From: an uncultured Bdellovibrio sp.
GTDB lineage: Bacteria > Bdellovibrionota > Bdellovibrionia > Bdellovibrionales > Bdellovibrionaceae
Reading direction: 5' to 3'
Assembly (NCBI GenBank): GCA_963932905.1
Contig: CAWVRN010000024.1
Span: forward strand, 8,113 to 72,112
DNA: 64,000 nt
Part shown: positions 37,731 to 48,285 of the stretch, in pieces
Numbering within the stretch: position 1 is the stretch's first letter
Layout of the letters: every line of letters starts with the position of its first letter
Position numbers and translations under genes: made by a program
The notes under the pieces: model-generated
What the model saw: the letters and a program-made list of their open reading frames with translations, nothing else
Told to the model about the DNA's origin: nothing
Database searches by the model: none

Positions 37731-38441
37731 GTGAATCCGGCTATTAAAATTATTGTATTTATGTTGGCGGTAAGTTTTTCAACCATGTCGCAAGCCGCAA
37801 CGGACGAAGATGTTGTTGTTGTAAAGCGCTCTGTAAAAGAGATTTACGAGGATTCTAGCGAAGCAAACCGTATTGGGAAAAAGTTTGATATTCATTACAC
37901 TCTTTTGGGTATCAGTGCTAACAATGCACCGGCACAAGGGATCGGTGTTGGCTATTTCTTGGATCGAAACAAACAAGTTCTAGTGGAGGTTCGTAAGGGG
38001 AGAGGCGCCTATATGAGGTACCGATATGAATCTTACAATGGTGTTTCTAAGGAATGGTCAACGGATGCGCAAATCACTCAGGTGGGCGCGCACTTTAAGC
38101 ATTATGTGGGAAATTCGTTTTACTACCGAGTGGGTGCCGATTACAGCAGTGTGGATTATAAGTATGATCTGAGTGGAAGCTATTATGGCGATACTTCGAG
38201 TTCTTATTTTAAAGGGACAGCGATCATCGGAAGTTTTGTTATTGGTAATCAATGGCAGTGGGAAAACTTCACCCTAGGTTGCGATTGGATTGGATTAGCG
38301 TCACCATTAACTTACACAATTTCGGGAGTTACTACGCCTACGACGGCTTCAGAGAAGTCGGACATGGAAAATGATCAGCGTATGTACGTTTCTGATAGTT
38401 CCGGAATTCTGTTGCGATTGTACCTAGGAGCTAGCTTCTAG
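37731..38441 (+). CDS. Exported protein, probable small outer membrane beta-barrel
   Basis: AGGAG RBS and GTG start, signal peptide, GNQWQW strand, C-terminal YLGASF. Confidence 0.7.
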   Translation: MNPAIKIIVFMLAVSFSTMSQAATDEDVVVVKRSVKEIYEDSSEANRIGKKFDIHYTLLGISANNAPAQGIGVGYFLDRNKQVLVEVRKGRGAYMRYRYESYNGVSKEWSTDAQITQVGAHFKHYVGNSFYYRVGADYSSVDYKYDLSGSYYGDTSSSYFKGTAIIGSFVIGNQWQWENFTLGCDWIGLASPLTYTISGVTTPTTASEKSDMENDQRMYVSDSSGILLRLYLGASF

Positions 38442-38624
38442 AGCTCTGGACCTAGATCCTAGTGGGTAGTAATAATAAGAAACACTTATGCGAACCATAG
38501 AATCAAATGTCCTAGTCTGGTGATTTTTTCGTTTGCTATCTAGCCCTTAGTTTTCTTTAATTAATGCATCGGCTTTTGTCTGGAAGACGAAAGCCTAAAA
38601 AAACAAATCCAAGGATTAGGGTTT

Positions 38625-40253
38625 ATGAAAACAACGAGTTTGATCTTAGCATCAATAGTTTTATCACACGTCGCTTTAGCAGAACGCTACATGGTGACTT
38701 TTAAGAATCACGACTTACATCAAGAACTAGTGTCGCAGAAAAACACAATGCAGCTTCAGAGTTACATGGCGGCTAAGGGTTACGCTTTAACGGTGGATAA
38801 AATTCAAACTCACTTGTCAGCGCTCAACACATCGGTGGTTAAAGATTTAACGACAAGCCAAATTGAATCTCTAAAGAAAAATAGCAATGTTTTATTTGTA
38901 GAAAAAGAAGTAAAACGCCCTCTGCCTTTCAAAGTAGGTCTTTTCAAAAAACCAATCTTGAATGACCAAGCGTTTCGTTTCTTCGAACAAGATCGCCCTT
39001 GGGGTATCAGCGCCATTAACACGGGTATTACTTGGAATGTAACATCGGGCGGAGCGGGTGCGCGCGTTCTTGTGTTAGACACGGGGATCGATCGTGATCA
39101 CCCAGCTGTTCGCCCCAATTTAGAGAACGCGCGTGATTTCGTAGGCGATGATCAAGTCGGGTATGCTTATAAAGATACTGTTGGTCATGGAACGCACGTC
39201 GCGGGAACGATAGCGGGTGTATTAGAAAAATCAGGATTTTCGGGCGTAGCTCCGACAGCGCATATTTTAGCCGGTCGCGTGTGCGCTGAAGATGGCTGTT
39301 CTAACATCGCAATTGCGGAAGGTATCAATTGGGGTATCGAGCAAAAAGTAGATGTTATCAGTATGTCGTTAGGTGGTATTTGGTCACCAATGGCAGAACG
39401 TTTAGCAGTAAAAGCGGCGTACGACGCTGGAATCACATTAGTCGCTGCCAGCGGAAATGATGGCAACGGTACGGTGGGATTTCCAGCTGCGTTACCCGAG
39501 TGTATCGCCGTCGGCGCAGTGGATTCAAAGATGCACCGAGCGGAATTTTCACAATACGGTCCTGAGCTAGCAGTGGTAGCACCAGGAGTTGAGGTAACCT
39601 CTTCTGTTCCTCTCGGATCAGGCCGCGAAGCTTTGTTGAAAGTTTCAACGGATGCGACGAACTTTACAAAAATCAAAGGCGCTTCAATGCAGGGATCAAA
39701 AACGGAATTAAAACCGTTAACTGGTGATCTGATTTATGCGGGCCTAGGATCTAAAGATGAATTCAAGGCGATCAATGCCGAAGGCAAGATCGCCTTGATC
39801 AAGCGTGGCGAATTGAAATTCGTGGAAAAAGTAGAAAACGCAATTGAGGCCAAGGCTTCGGCAGTCATCGTATTTAATAACGAACCAGGCATGCTAAACG
39901 GGATGTTGACAGAAGATGGAACTGAAATGGCTATCGCTGCCTACATGGTTGAGCAAACGGTCGGTGAGGCCCTTTTAAAGCAATTGCAAACAGGTTCGGT
40001 TCAAGCGCAACATGTTTCCTTAATCACGAATTACGCATCGATGAACGGGACGAGCATGGCTACTCCGCATGTAAGTGGTGTGGTGGCATTGATGAAATCA
40101 GTCAATAAAGCGTTAACGCCCGCTCAGGTGAAACAAATTTTAATGGATACCGCTAAAAAAGTATCTGACGACACTGAGAATCAAACCGGGGCAGGGGTGG
40201 TTCAGGCGGATATGGCTGTACGCGCAGCCTTAGCTAGTCGTTTAACGCCATAG
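38625..40253 (+). CDS. Subtilisin-like (S8) serine protease with I9 prodomain and PA insert
   Basis: LDTG, HGTHVAG, AASGN, GTSMATPHV; PA motif GKIALIKRG. Confidence 0.96.
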   Translation: MKTTSLILASIVLSHVALAERYMVTFKNHDLHQELVSQKNTMQLQSYMAAKGYALTVDKIQTHLSALNTSVVKDLTTSQIESLKKNSNVLFVEKEVKRPLPFKVGLFKKPILNDQAFRFFEQDRPWGISAINTGITWNVTSGGAGARVLVLDTGIDRDHPAVRPNLENARDFVGDDQVGYAYKDTVGHGTHVAGTIAGVLEKSGFSGVAPTAHILAGRVCAEDGCSNIAIAEGINWGIEQKVDVISMSLGGIWSPMAERLAVKAAYDAGITLVAASGNDGNGTVGFPAALPECIAVGAVDSKMHRAEFSQYGPELAVVAPGVEVTSSVPLGSGREALLKVSTDATNFTKIKGASMQGSKTELKPLTGDLIYAGLGSKDEFKAINAEGKIALIKRGELKFVEKVENAIEAKASAVIVFNNEPGMLNGMLTEDGTEMAIAAYMVEQTVGEALLKQLQTGSVQAQHVSLITNYASMNGTSMATPHVSGVVALMKSVNKALTPAQVKQILMDTAKKVSDDTENQTGAGVVQADMAVRAALASRLTP

Positions 40254-40277
40254 AATCCCTAAGGATCTGCGGCAGCC

Positions 40278-40712
40278 TTAGTAGCAGCCGTAGGCAGTGC
40301 AGCGACGACCATAGTATAACGAGTTCAGAGTCGTAGTCTCTGTGCTCATCTGGTACCAGCGGTTGCTCATAAGCATGATATCGTTTTTTGAGGCTGATTT
40401 AAGATAGTTTTCAAAATACACATTTAATTGATCTACATTATAAGTCACAGCGTTAGGATTGGAAGCTAGGTAGTTATTATAACCGTAGAAGTTATAATAG
40501 TAACTTTGGCCGTAAAATTCAGTAAGGGAAGCCAAGGTCCCAGCTTTCGCTGAATTACAGTAGGACTGACCTCTCATCGATACGCAGCGGTCATAGGCTA
40601 CTCGGGCTTGTGAGATCTCGGTGTCTTTGTTGCCTTCATCTTTGTTATTGCAGGCAACAAGGAATAAGCTCGTTAACAGAGTCATAAAACTCATCATTAA
40701 TATTGATCTCAT
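40278..40712 (-). CDS. Tyr/Asn-rich lipoprotein
   Basis: GAGG RBS, lipobox LVAC, two further Cys pairs. Confidence 0.75.
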   Translation of the reverse strand: MRSILMMSFMTLLTSLFLVACNNKDEGNKDTEISQARVAYDRCVSMRGQSYCNSAKAGTLASLTEFYGQSYYYNFYGYNNYLASNPNAVTYNVDQLNVYFENYLKSASKNDIMLMSNRWYQMSTETTTLNSLYYGRRCTAYGCY

Positions 40713-40755
40713 AGGGCACCTCTTCTAAAAAAAATTCTATACATGCAGAAATCAA

Positions 40756-40771
40756 AGCAATGGTAATGCCA
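40756..40771 (-). promoter_or_regulatory. Putative sigma54 promoter
   Basis: Minus strand TGGCATTACCATTGCT; IHF-like GATCAATAAGTTA about 40 nt upstream. Confidence 0.7.
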
Positions 40772-40935
40772 GGGTGAAAAAATTTCTATTGATGCGATAA
40801 CGGGGTATGAGATCAATAAGTTAGAGTGGTATTTGTCTAAAACCTTTTCATTGTGACAATTTTGAGTCTTTCCATCTTGTGTCATTTTGGTTTTTAGGCT
40901 ATAAAAACTTATCAAAAATCTGGGGAGGATGGTTC

Positions 40936-41508
40936 ATGGCGGTTGATATGTTTGATGCTATTGATGAGGGCGGCGGTACTGAATTCCAAAAAGACATGGA
41001 AATCGAAGTAGATATCGATACAGATGGTGACGAAGACGAAGAAGGCCAAGGTAAAGTTAAAAGCGCCTTTGACCTAGAATTCGACGATCCAGCTTTGACT
41101 CCTGAAATGATGAAGGGTCAGTTACTTGGCGAAGATGAAGAAGATAATGTTAACTTGGATGAAATCGACAATATCCTAGAATTAACTGAAACTCAGTTTC
41201 CAAAATTCACATTAGCGAAAAATAAAGCTCGTTTCCTACGTATGGTTAGCTGGTATCGCAATAAAGAAGAGTGGATCGAAGTAGCTCCTTTGAGCGGCGT
41301 AACTAAACTTTTCAAACAGCAAACTAAAGAATTAGAAGGCATCCGTTCTTCTAAGTTAGATTACGAAATGGAATTAGAAACAGGAACTTTGACTCCGTCT
41401 CAGCGTTCTTATCGTCGTGACGAATTGAAAATGTGCAAAGTTCAAGAAAAAATGGCTGTTCATTTGATTTCTAAGCTACAATTGAAGATCAAGTCAGGTC
41501 GTAGATAG
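40936..41508 (+). CDS. Hypothetical protein with highly acidic N-terminal half and helical C-terminus
   Basis: GGAGG RBS before ATG 40936; strongly biased codon usage. Confidence 0.8.
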   Translation: MAVDMFDAIDEGGGTEFQKDMEIEVDIDTDGDEDEEGQGKVKSAFDLEFDDPALTPEMMKGQLLGEDEEDNVNLDEIDNILELTETQFPKFTLAKNKARFLRMVSWYRNKEEWIEVAPLSGVTKLFKQQTKELEGIRSSKLDYEMELETGTLTPSQRSYRRDELKMCKVQEKMAVHLISKLQLKIKSGRR

Positions 41509-41532
41509 TTAGTATTTCAAAATACATTTCGT

Positions 41533-41570
41533 AAAAATAAAAAAGGCCCATTTAGGGCCTTTTTTATTTT
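41533..41570. terminator. Bidirectional intrinsic terminator
   Basis: AAAATAAAAAAGGCCC-attta-GGGCCTTTTTTATTTT between convergent genes. Confidence 0.88.
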
Positions 41571-41594
41571 GTATGAGTCTGGTCGTCTTGATTT

Positions 41595-43127
41595 CTATGC
41601 GGCTTTCTTCTCTGAGTGTTTAATAGTTCGCTGTGAAGGCTCGTTATTTTCATTCGCATTCAATGCGTCTTTTTTTCCATCAACAATATAAGTTAAATCT
41701 CGAGTTAAGATCACTGTCGTATCGACTAATTTTTTAAGGTCTTCTGTCGCCGTCGAAATTTCTTCAGCCGTCGAAGCGTTCACTTGGCCGGCTTGATCCA
41801 ATTGAGTCATTGCCGTGTTGATCTGTTCAATACCAGCGGCCTGTTCATTACTTGCTGTGGCGATCTCGTTATTCAAATCAGACACTTTTTTGATCGAGTT
41901 AACGATATTAGTTAATGTGCCACCACTTTTGTCGGCGATGCTGCTGCCTTTATCGATTTGTTCTACCGAATCTTTGATAAGGCTAGAGATATCTTTTGCT
42001 GACGTTGAGCTACGTTGTGCTAACGTACGAACGGCTTCTGCTACAACCGCAAACCCTTTGCCTTGTTCGCCTGCACGAGCCGCTTCTACAGCGGCGTTTA
42101 AGGCTAAAAGATTGGTTTGGAAGGCGATATCATCAATAACGGAGGTGATTTCTTCGATCTTTTTAGATGAATTTGAGATCGCTGTCATTGAAGTTATTAG
42201 GTTTTGAATTTCGACCGCGCCATTTTCAGCCGCTAAACGAGATGAGTTAGCCAGGTCTGCTGCCATTTTTGCATTGTTTGAACCCAAACGAACCATCGAC
42301 GTGATTTCTTCTAATGAAGCTACTGTTTCTTCTAGCGATGCGGCGGATTCAGTAGAGGACGAAGACAGTGATTCACCTGCTGTTTTTAATTGAACGATGG
42401 CTGAACTAACTTCCATGCTCGATTTGCTTAAATGAGCCGAGATACCTAATACTGACGACGAAATTTTTGAAGCTATCCAGAAGATCGCTGTGCACATTAA
42501 TAACGCGGATAAGGTAATTGTGATAACTAGGTATTTGAAAATTGAACTTACGGTTTCTTTTGCTTGAGCACTTTCATCAAGGGCTTTAACTTCATAAAGC
42601 GTGTAAACCGCTTCGTTAAATTCAGCAATGACTTTCGCTCTAAGTTCTTTTAATGGGCCATCTAAAATAGCACGTGATTTCTTTGCTTTTTCGACATCAC
42701 CGGATTTGGCAAGAACAATACATTCTTCCATTAATTCGATAGACTTTTTAATATTTTCCTTCGAAGCACTATGGATTTCAGCTTCGCCAGCAATAAATGG
42801 ATTTTTTTGATAATCACTATAGGCGACCTTAAATGATTTTATATAGCCCTCAGCTTCAGTTACGGCTTTCAAATTTACAGATTCTGGGCGATCGAGGGCC
42901 TCGTCCATACTAATTCTGAAACCTAATCGTGACATTTTCATTTCTGCAAGGACTTGTTCGTTAGGAATGATTGTTTGATGAGCCGTATTCAGCATTCCTT
43001 CCAACTTTTTCACACTTGCCATCGTAACAATGAACGTAATTGTAAATCCAATTAAGGGAAACATCGCTGCGAACAGCAGTCTTCCTTTTATGCCTCGAAA
43101 CCAGCTTGAAAATTCGAACGACTTCAT
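41595..43127 (-). CDS. Methyl-accepting chemotaxis protein
   Basis: Two TM helices around a 4-helix sensor; [30 protein letters not shown]. Confidence 0.97.
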   Translation of the reverse strand: MKSFEFSSWFRGIKGRLLFAAMFPLIGFTITFIVTMASVKKLEGMLNTAHQTIIPNEQVLAEMKMSRLGFRISMDEALDRPESVNLKAVTEAEGYIKSFKVAYSDYQKNPFIAGEAEIHSASKENIKKSIELMEECIVLAKSGDVEKAKKSRAILDGPLKELRAKVIAEFNEAVYTLYEVKALDESAQAKETVSSIFKYLVITITLSALLMCTAIFWIASKISSSVLGISAHLSKSSMEVSSAIVQLKTAGESLSSSSTESAASLEETVASLEEITSMVRLGSNNAKMAADLANSSRLAAENGAVEIQNLITSMTAISNSSKKIEEITSVIDDIAFQTNLLALNAAVEAARAGEQGKGFAVVAEAVRTLAQRSSTSAKDISSLIKDSVEQIDKGSSIADKSGGTLTNIVNSIKKVSDLNNEIATASNEQAAGIEQINTAMTQLDQAGQVNASTAEEISTATEDLKKLVDTTVILTRDLTYIVDGKKDALNANENNEPSQRTIKHSEKKAA

Positions 43128-43310
43128 AAAACTCCCGTAAATAATACAAATGCTTAATGAACTCTCTGTCGGATTTTTATTAGAAATAGTAAGGGGGAGT
43201 TGAAAATAATGTTTAAGAAACTGTCGATATTTTTTACAGTACCTGGTATTGAAATTGATTCGCGTGCAAATTCAATCATTTATCCGTTAAAAAAAAGTTA
43301 AAAATAGGCC

Positions 43311-43337
43311 TAAATTCCCTAAATGATTCACCGATAG
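43311..43337 (+). promoter_or_regulatory. Putative sigma28 promoter
   Basis: TAAA-N15-ACCGATAG upstream of the Fis-HTH gene. Confidence 0.62.
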
Positions 43338-43387
43338 AGTAAGGGTCGATAAAATTTGTATCATTGAGATGCATGAAGGGGAGGATT

Positions 43388-43828
43388 ATGTCTAAGACAT
43401 ACTTGATTCTAGTAAGCGATAATACTGAGACAGTAGAAACAGCAAAAAAATATTGGGAAACTCACGATGTTGAGTTCCAGGTGTACACTCCAGAACAATG
43501 GCGGTCTAGTTTGGAGAACCCAAGCTTTCGTCAACAACTAGGTGCTAACCTTCCTACATTAAGTGCAGGTATGGGCAGTCTAACTCCTAGCTATAATTCA
43601 GCAAGCAACGTTCTTCCATTCCCTACTCCTTCTGTGGACTCTAAAGTTCAAAAAATGGATGATATTGAAGCTAAAGCGATTGAAAATGCAATCAGCCAGT
43701 ACAAGGGTAACTTAACTGAAGCTGCTAAAGCACTAGGTATTGGTCGTGCAACTCTGTATAGAAAAGTAAAACAATACCAAATTGACCCTTCCCAAGCTCG
43801 CAAGAAAAAAGTGGCTCAAGCTGCTTAG
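43388..43828 (+). CDS. Small Fis-type (HTH_8) DNA-binding protein
   Basis: GGAGG RBS; C-terminal GNLTEAAKALGIGRATLYRK; no AAA+ domain. Confidence 0.88.
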   Translation: MSKTYLILVSDNTETVETAKKYWETHDVEFQVYTPEQWRSSLENPSFRQQLGANLPTLSAGMGSLTPSYNSASNVLPFPTPSVDSKVQKMDDIEAKAIENAISQYKGNLTEAAKALGIGRATLYRKVKQYQIDPSQARKKKVAQAA

Positions 43829-43835
43829 ACTTTCT

Positions 43836-43867
43836 TCAGGGGGCCTAACAAGCCCCTGATTTATTTC
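43836..43867 (+). terminator. Intrinsic terminator
   Basis: TCAGGGG...CCCCTGA stem followed by TTTATTT. Confidence 0.6.
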
Positions 43868-43871
43868 AGCC

Positions 43872-45110
43872 ATGCCCACACAATTAATTTTAAAATCCAT
43901 CATTTCAATTGGGCTGATTCTATTAATATTTTATCCTATCGTGGATAAGTACAATCATATAGATAACCATATCTATCAAACCTGCCATTTTGTTTACAAT
44001 CGAATTATTCCTGTTAGCAAGAATATGGATGATTGGTTGCGTGAATGTCGTCTTCAATCGCGCAAAATCATGTCAAAAACGGGTGACCATAAAAAACTAT
44101 TGTCTGCTGGAAATCAAATCCTGTCGGAACTGCAAGTGTCCCATCTGGAATTATTTAGCCAAGAAGAAAGTGACGCTATTTGGACTGACACTGATTTTGA
44201 AAATGGAATTGAATCGCAGTTCATTGATGGTCAACTGATCGTTACACGCGTTTTACCTGGCAGTGAAGCTCTTAAAAAGGGTGTCCTGAAAGGCGATCGC
44301 GTCGTTTTAGAGAAAGATGAAAGTTTAAGTCCCAATGAATTTAATCGTTGGAAGGGGAAACTTAAACTTGAACGTCGCAAGCAAAGTTTAGAAATAGAAC
44401 TAGAGCCCAAAAAATTAGTTACGAATCGTGATATGACAGTGGCGGATGTGGATGGTGTTAAAATACTTTCTGTCGAATCGTTTAAAAGTCAGTATTTCAA
44501 GCAAGAGAAATTAGACGGATTGGCTTTAAAGATTAAGCCGAATGATAAAGTTATTGTGGATCTTCGAGGAAACAACGGCGGAAACTTTGTGGCGGGCCTG
44601 CGTTTTTTAAGTTCATTTATTTGTGAGCCGACGGTTGTTGGCTTTATAAAGAAAAATAGAAATAATGGGCGTGTTGGATATTTCGATAATAATATGGACG
44701 ATGAGTATCAAATTCAAAAGTTAAATGATTTTGATTCTGTGGCTTTGCGAACATTCCCGTCTAGCCAGTGCCTGCCGAAACCGATGGCTGTTCTTATTGA
44801 CGCCAATTCGAAATCAACCGCCGAATGGGTCGCGTTGGCTTTTAGGGACAAGCTGCAAACTTCAATTCAAGGTTCGACATCAGCCGGAGAATTACTGGTA
44901 GGGATTTGGTATGACATTTCTCATATTTGGGAACGTGTTGTAAAATTGTCGATCCCGGAGGCCTATTATGAATCAATGCATGGGTTTAAAATCGAAGGGC
45001 ACGGAGTCGCTGTTGATGTCACACTCTATCCTCGTCGAGTGGATTTTGAGTTAGGTCACGATTCCGAAGTCTGGCAAGTGGTGCAGACAATTAATAAATT
45101 ATCTAAATAA
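43872..45110 (+). CDS. S41 family peptidase with PDZ-like segment
   Basis: VDLRGNNGG, VLIDANSKSTAE, IEGHGV..D. Confidence 0.85.
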   Translation: MPTQLILKSIISIGLILLIFYPIVDKYNHIDNHIYQTCHFVYNRIIPVSKNMDDWLRECRLQSRKIMSKTGDHKKLLSAGNQILSELQVSHLELFSQEESDAIWTDTDFENGIESQFIDGQLIVTRVLPGSEALKKGVLKGDRVVLEKDESLSPNEFNRWKGKLKLERRKQSLEIELEPKKLVTNRDMTVADVDGVKILSVESFKSQYFKQEKLDGLALKIKPNDKVIVDLRGNNGGNFVAGLRFLSSFICEPTVVGFIKKNRNNGRVGYFDNNMDDEYQIQKLNDFDSVALRTFPSSQCLPKPMAVLIDANSKSTAEWVALAFRDKLQTSIQGSTSAGELLVGIWYDISHIWERVVKLSIPEAYYESMHGFKIEGHGVAVDVTLYPRRVDFELGHDSEVWQVVQTINKLSK

Positions 45111-45176
45111 AATGGGCAGTAGTGTTCCCGCTTGGTTAACTTGACCATTTAAAATCGAAAGTGAATACTATTTCTG

Positions 45177-46568
45177 ATGATGAAAACAGTCCTATTTAAT
45201 TTAATCTTTGTGGCGTCATTCGTTTTGGCGAAAGAAATTGTAAACGATGTCACCCAACTGAATCCGATCGAAGTTGAAACTGTATTTCAGCCAACAACGA
45301 TTGAACAAATACAAGAATTTCTAAAGAAAAAAACAGGCAAAATTGCAATCGGTGGCGGTCGATATAGTATGGGTGGCCAAACGGCTTTGGCTGGAGCTAG
45401 CCAGATTGATATGCGTAAGATGAACAAAGTCGTGCTGCTTGATGTGAAAAATAAATTAGTCACTGTCGAAGCTGGTGTTCGCTGGCGACAACTTCAGGAA
45501 GCCATTGATCCTCATGATCTGTCGATTAAGATTATGCAAACTTATTCTAATTTTACGGTGGGCGGATCGTTGAGCGTTAACGTTCACGGCCGTTATATCG
45601 GTCAAGGTCCAATCATACGGTCGGTAGAAAGTATTAAACTGGTGATGGCGGATGGTCATATTGAAGAGGCATCTCCGGGGAAAAATTCTGAACTATTTTA
45701 TGGTGCGATCGGTGGATATGGCGGTATAGGAATTATTGTTGAGGCGACGTTGCAGTTGACCGAAAATACTAAAGTCGAGCGAACGACTAAATCAATTACT
45801 TTGGATCAGTACCCTGACTACTTTTTTAAATCTGTTCGCGATAATTCTGAAGCCGTTTTTCATAACGGTGATTTGTACCCTCCAGAGTTTAAAGATGTGA
45901 TAGCCGTCACGTGGATTAAAACCGACAAAAAACTCACGTCGGCGGAGCGACTCATTCCTAAAGATCAAACATATTCTTTCCAACCGTTTGCAATCAAAAT
46001 GATTTCGTCCAGCAAAGTGGCCAAAGAAATTCGTCGGTCGATTATAGACCCCTTAAGTTACACAAAATCAGTGGTGGTGTGGCGCAATCACGAAGCCAGT
46101 TACGATGTGGCGGAACTTGAACCTAAAAGTCGGTCGCAGACAACCTATGTTCTGCAAGAGTATTTTGTTCCAGTAAAAAATCTAAAGGATTTTGTAAAAT
46201 CTGTTCGACCAATTTTGAAAAAAACGGCTTTCAATGTCGTCAATGTATCGATACGCCATGCTTTACCAGATACCGGTTCACTGTTGGCATGGGCGCCTCA
46301 GGAAGTATTTTCGCTTGTGATATATTACAAGCAAAAGACGGATAAAAAGACTCAGAAAGCTATTGCAAAGATCACTCAAGACCTGATTTCAGAGGCGATT
46401 AAGGTCGGTGGTAGCTATTATTTACCTTATCAGATCCATGCGACCGAGGAACAATTTAGCCAGGCTTACCCACGTTCTAAAGAGTTTTTTGCACTTAAAA
46501 GTAAGTGGGACCCCGCTAATCGCTTAACAAACTCGCTTTGGGATCGTTACTACAAGCCTAAACCATAA
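45177..46568 (+). CDS. Exported FAD-linked oxidoreductase (FAD_binding_4/ALO type)
   Basis: GGGRYSMGGQ, TVGGSLSVNVHG, GGYGGIGII, KWDP..RL. Confidence 0.88.
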   Translation: MMKTVLFNLIFVASFVLAKEIVNDVTQLNPIEVETVFQPTTIEQIQEFLKKKTGKIAIGGGRYSMGGQTALAGASQIDMRKMNKVVLLDVKNKLVTVEAGVRWRQLQEAIDPHDLSIKIMQTYSNFTVGGSLSVNVHGRYIGQGPIIRSVESIKLVMADGHIEEASPGKNSELFYGAIGGYGGIGIIVEATLQLTENTKVERTTKSITLDQYPDYFFKSVRDNSEAVFHNGDLYPPEFKDVIAVTWIKTDKKLTSAERLIPKDQTYSFQPFAIKMISSSKVAKEIRRSIIDPLSYTKSVVVWRNHEASYDVAELEPKSRSQTTYVLQEYFVPVKNLKDFVKSVRPILKKTAFNVVNVSIRHALPDTGSLLAWAPQEVFSLVIYYKQKTDKKTQKAIAKITQDLISEAIKVGGSYYLPYQIHATEEQFSQAYPRSKEFFALKSKWDPANRLTNSLWDRYYKPKP

Positions 46569-46686
46569 AACCGCGTTTGTCGGCTGTCAGAATTACAGGC
46601 ACGGATCCGTTTCCCTATCGAAACGTTGTCATTTTTACGTTTTCAAAGTAAATTAGGCCCATTCAAATCTTGGGAGTCTTTTTTGT

Positions 46687-48285
46687 ATGATTAGCACAAA
46701 CAATGTCAGTTTAAGCTTTGGTGGTAGAAAACTTTTTGATGATGTGAACGTTAAATTCACGCCAGGTAATTGCTACGGTCTGATTGGTGCCAATGGTGCT
46801 GGTAAATCGACATTTTTTAAAATCCTTTCAAAAGAACTTGAGCCTAACACGGGTGAAGTGATCATTCCGTCTGACAAACGATTGTCCGCGTTGAAACAAG
46901 ATCATTACGCTTACGATCAGTACACGGTTATGCAAACAGTATTGATGGGTAATGATAAGCTTTATAAAATCATGCAAGAAAAAGATGCGTTATACGCAAA
47001 GCCTGATTTTTCAGAACAAGATGGACTGCGTGCTTCTGATCTAGAAACACTATTTGGCGAATTGAATGGTTGGGAAGCAGAATCAGACGCGGGCAAAATG
47101 TTAGCTGATTTAGGTATTCCAGAAAGTGACCAGCAAAAACTAATGAGTGAAATGACGGGCGGAGAGAAAGTAAAAGTTCTTTTGGCACAAGCGTTGTTCG
47201 GAAAACCAGATATTTTATTACTGGATGAGCCGACGAATCACTTGGATATTTACGCAATCAAATGGCTAGAAGAATTTCTTCTGAATTTTGAAAATACAGT
47301 GATCGTTATTTCCCATGATCGTTATTTCTTAAACAAGGTATGCACTCATATGGCCGATATCGATTTCTCTAAAATCACGACCTTCACTGGGAACTATGAT
47401 TTTTGGCGTCAGGCGAGTGAGTTAAATCAAAGATTGCTATCTGATCAAAATAAAAAGAGTGCGGATAAAGCCGAAGAATTAAAAAGTTTCATCGCGCGTT
47501 TCAGTGCGAACGCTTCCAAGTCTCGTCAAGCGTCGTCTCGTCAAAAACAATTAGAAAAACTAACGTTCAATGATATGCCGGCGTCATCACGTCGTCAGCC
47601 ATTCGTCGGTTTTGACATTAAACGTGAAATCGGTAATGACGTTTTAACAGTTGAAAAACTGTCTAAGACTATCAACGGCGAAGTGATCCTAAAAGACATC
47701 AGTTTCAGTGTGCGTAAAGGTGATAAGATTGCTCTCATGGGCCGCAATGATTTAGCGAAAACAGTTTTAATGGATATCTTAGCTGGTGAAATGGCTGCCG
47801 ATTCAGGAACGTTTGCCTGGGGTATCACAACGTCATTAAGCTATTTCCCAACTGATAATTCAAAGTACTTCTCTGGCGATGAAAATACGTTGGTAGAATG
47901 GCTGCGACAGTATTCTCATGATAAAGATGAATCATTTTTACGCGGCTTTTTAGGTAAAATGCTATTCAGCGGCAACGATGCGATGAAAAAACCAACAGTA
48001 TTGTCGGGTGGTGAGCGTGTTCGTTGTATGTTCTCGAAAATGATGTTGTCTGGTGCGAATGTTTTACTACTAGATGGTCCGACGGCGCATTTAGATTTAG
48101 AAAGTATATCCGCGGTGAATGAAGGCGTTAAGCGATACAAGGGTAACGTTATCTTTACATCGCATGACCATGAGTTCATCCAAACGGTAGCTAATCGAAT
48201 TATCGAAATCGATGCCTCTGGTATCGTGTATGACAATCACGTGACTTATGAAGAGTACGTCGAGCAAAGACGAGCTCGCCATTAG
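46687..48285 (+). CDS. ABC-F family ATPase (YbiT/YkpA-like)
   Basis: Two NBDs (GANGAGKST...LDEPTNHLD; LSGGE), inter-ABC linker FIARFSANASK, no TM segments. Confidence 0.95.
   Translation: MISTNNVSLSFGGRKLFDDVNVKFTPGNCYGLIGANGAGKSTFFKILSKELEPNTGEVIIPSDKRLSALKQDHYAYDQYTVMQTVLMGNDKLYKIMQEKDALYAKPDFSEQDGLRASDLETLFGELNGWEAESDAGKMLADLGIPESDQQKLMSEMTGGEKVKVLLAQALFGKPDILLLDEPTNHLDIYAIKWLEEFLLNFENTVIVISHDRYFLNKVCTHMADIDFSKITTFTGNYDFWRQASELNQRLLSDQNKKSADKAEELKSFIARFSANASKSRQASSRQKQLEKLTFNDMPASSRRQPFVGFDIKREIGNDVLTVEKLSKTINGEVILKDISFSVRKGDKIALMGRNDLAKTVLMDILAGEMAADSGTFAWGITTSLSYFPTDNSKYFSGDENTLVEWLRQYSHDKDESFLRGFLGKMLFSGNDAMKKPTVLSGGERVRCMFSKMMLSGANVLLLDGPTAHLDLESISAVNEGVKRYKGNVIFTSHDHEFIQTVANRIIEIDASGIVYDNHVTYEEYVEQRRARH

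Noticed and set aside
43166..43195. Sigma28 promoter for the MCP gene (TCCGACAG on minus)
   Set aside because: Plausible biologically, but no convincing -35 at the right spacing.
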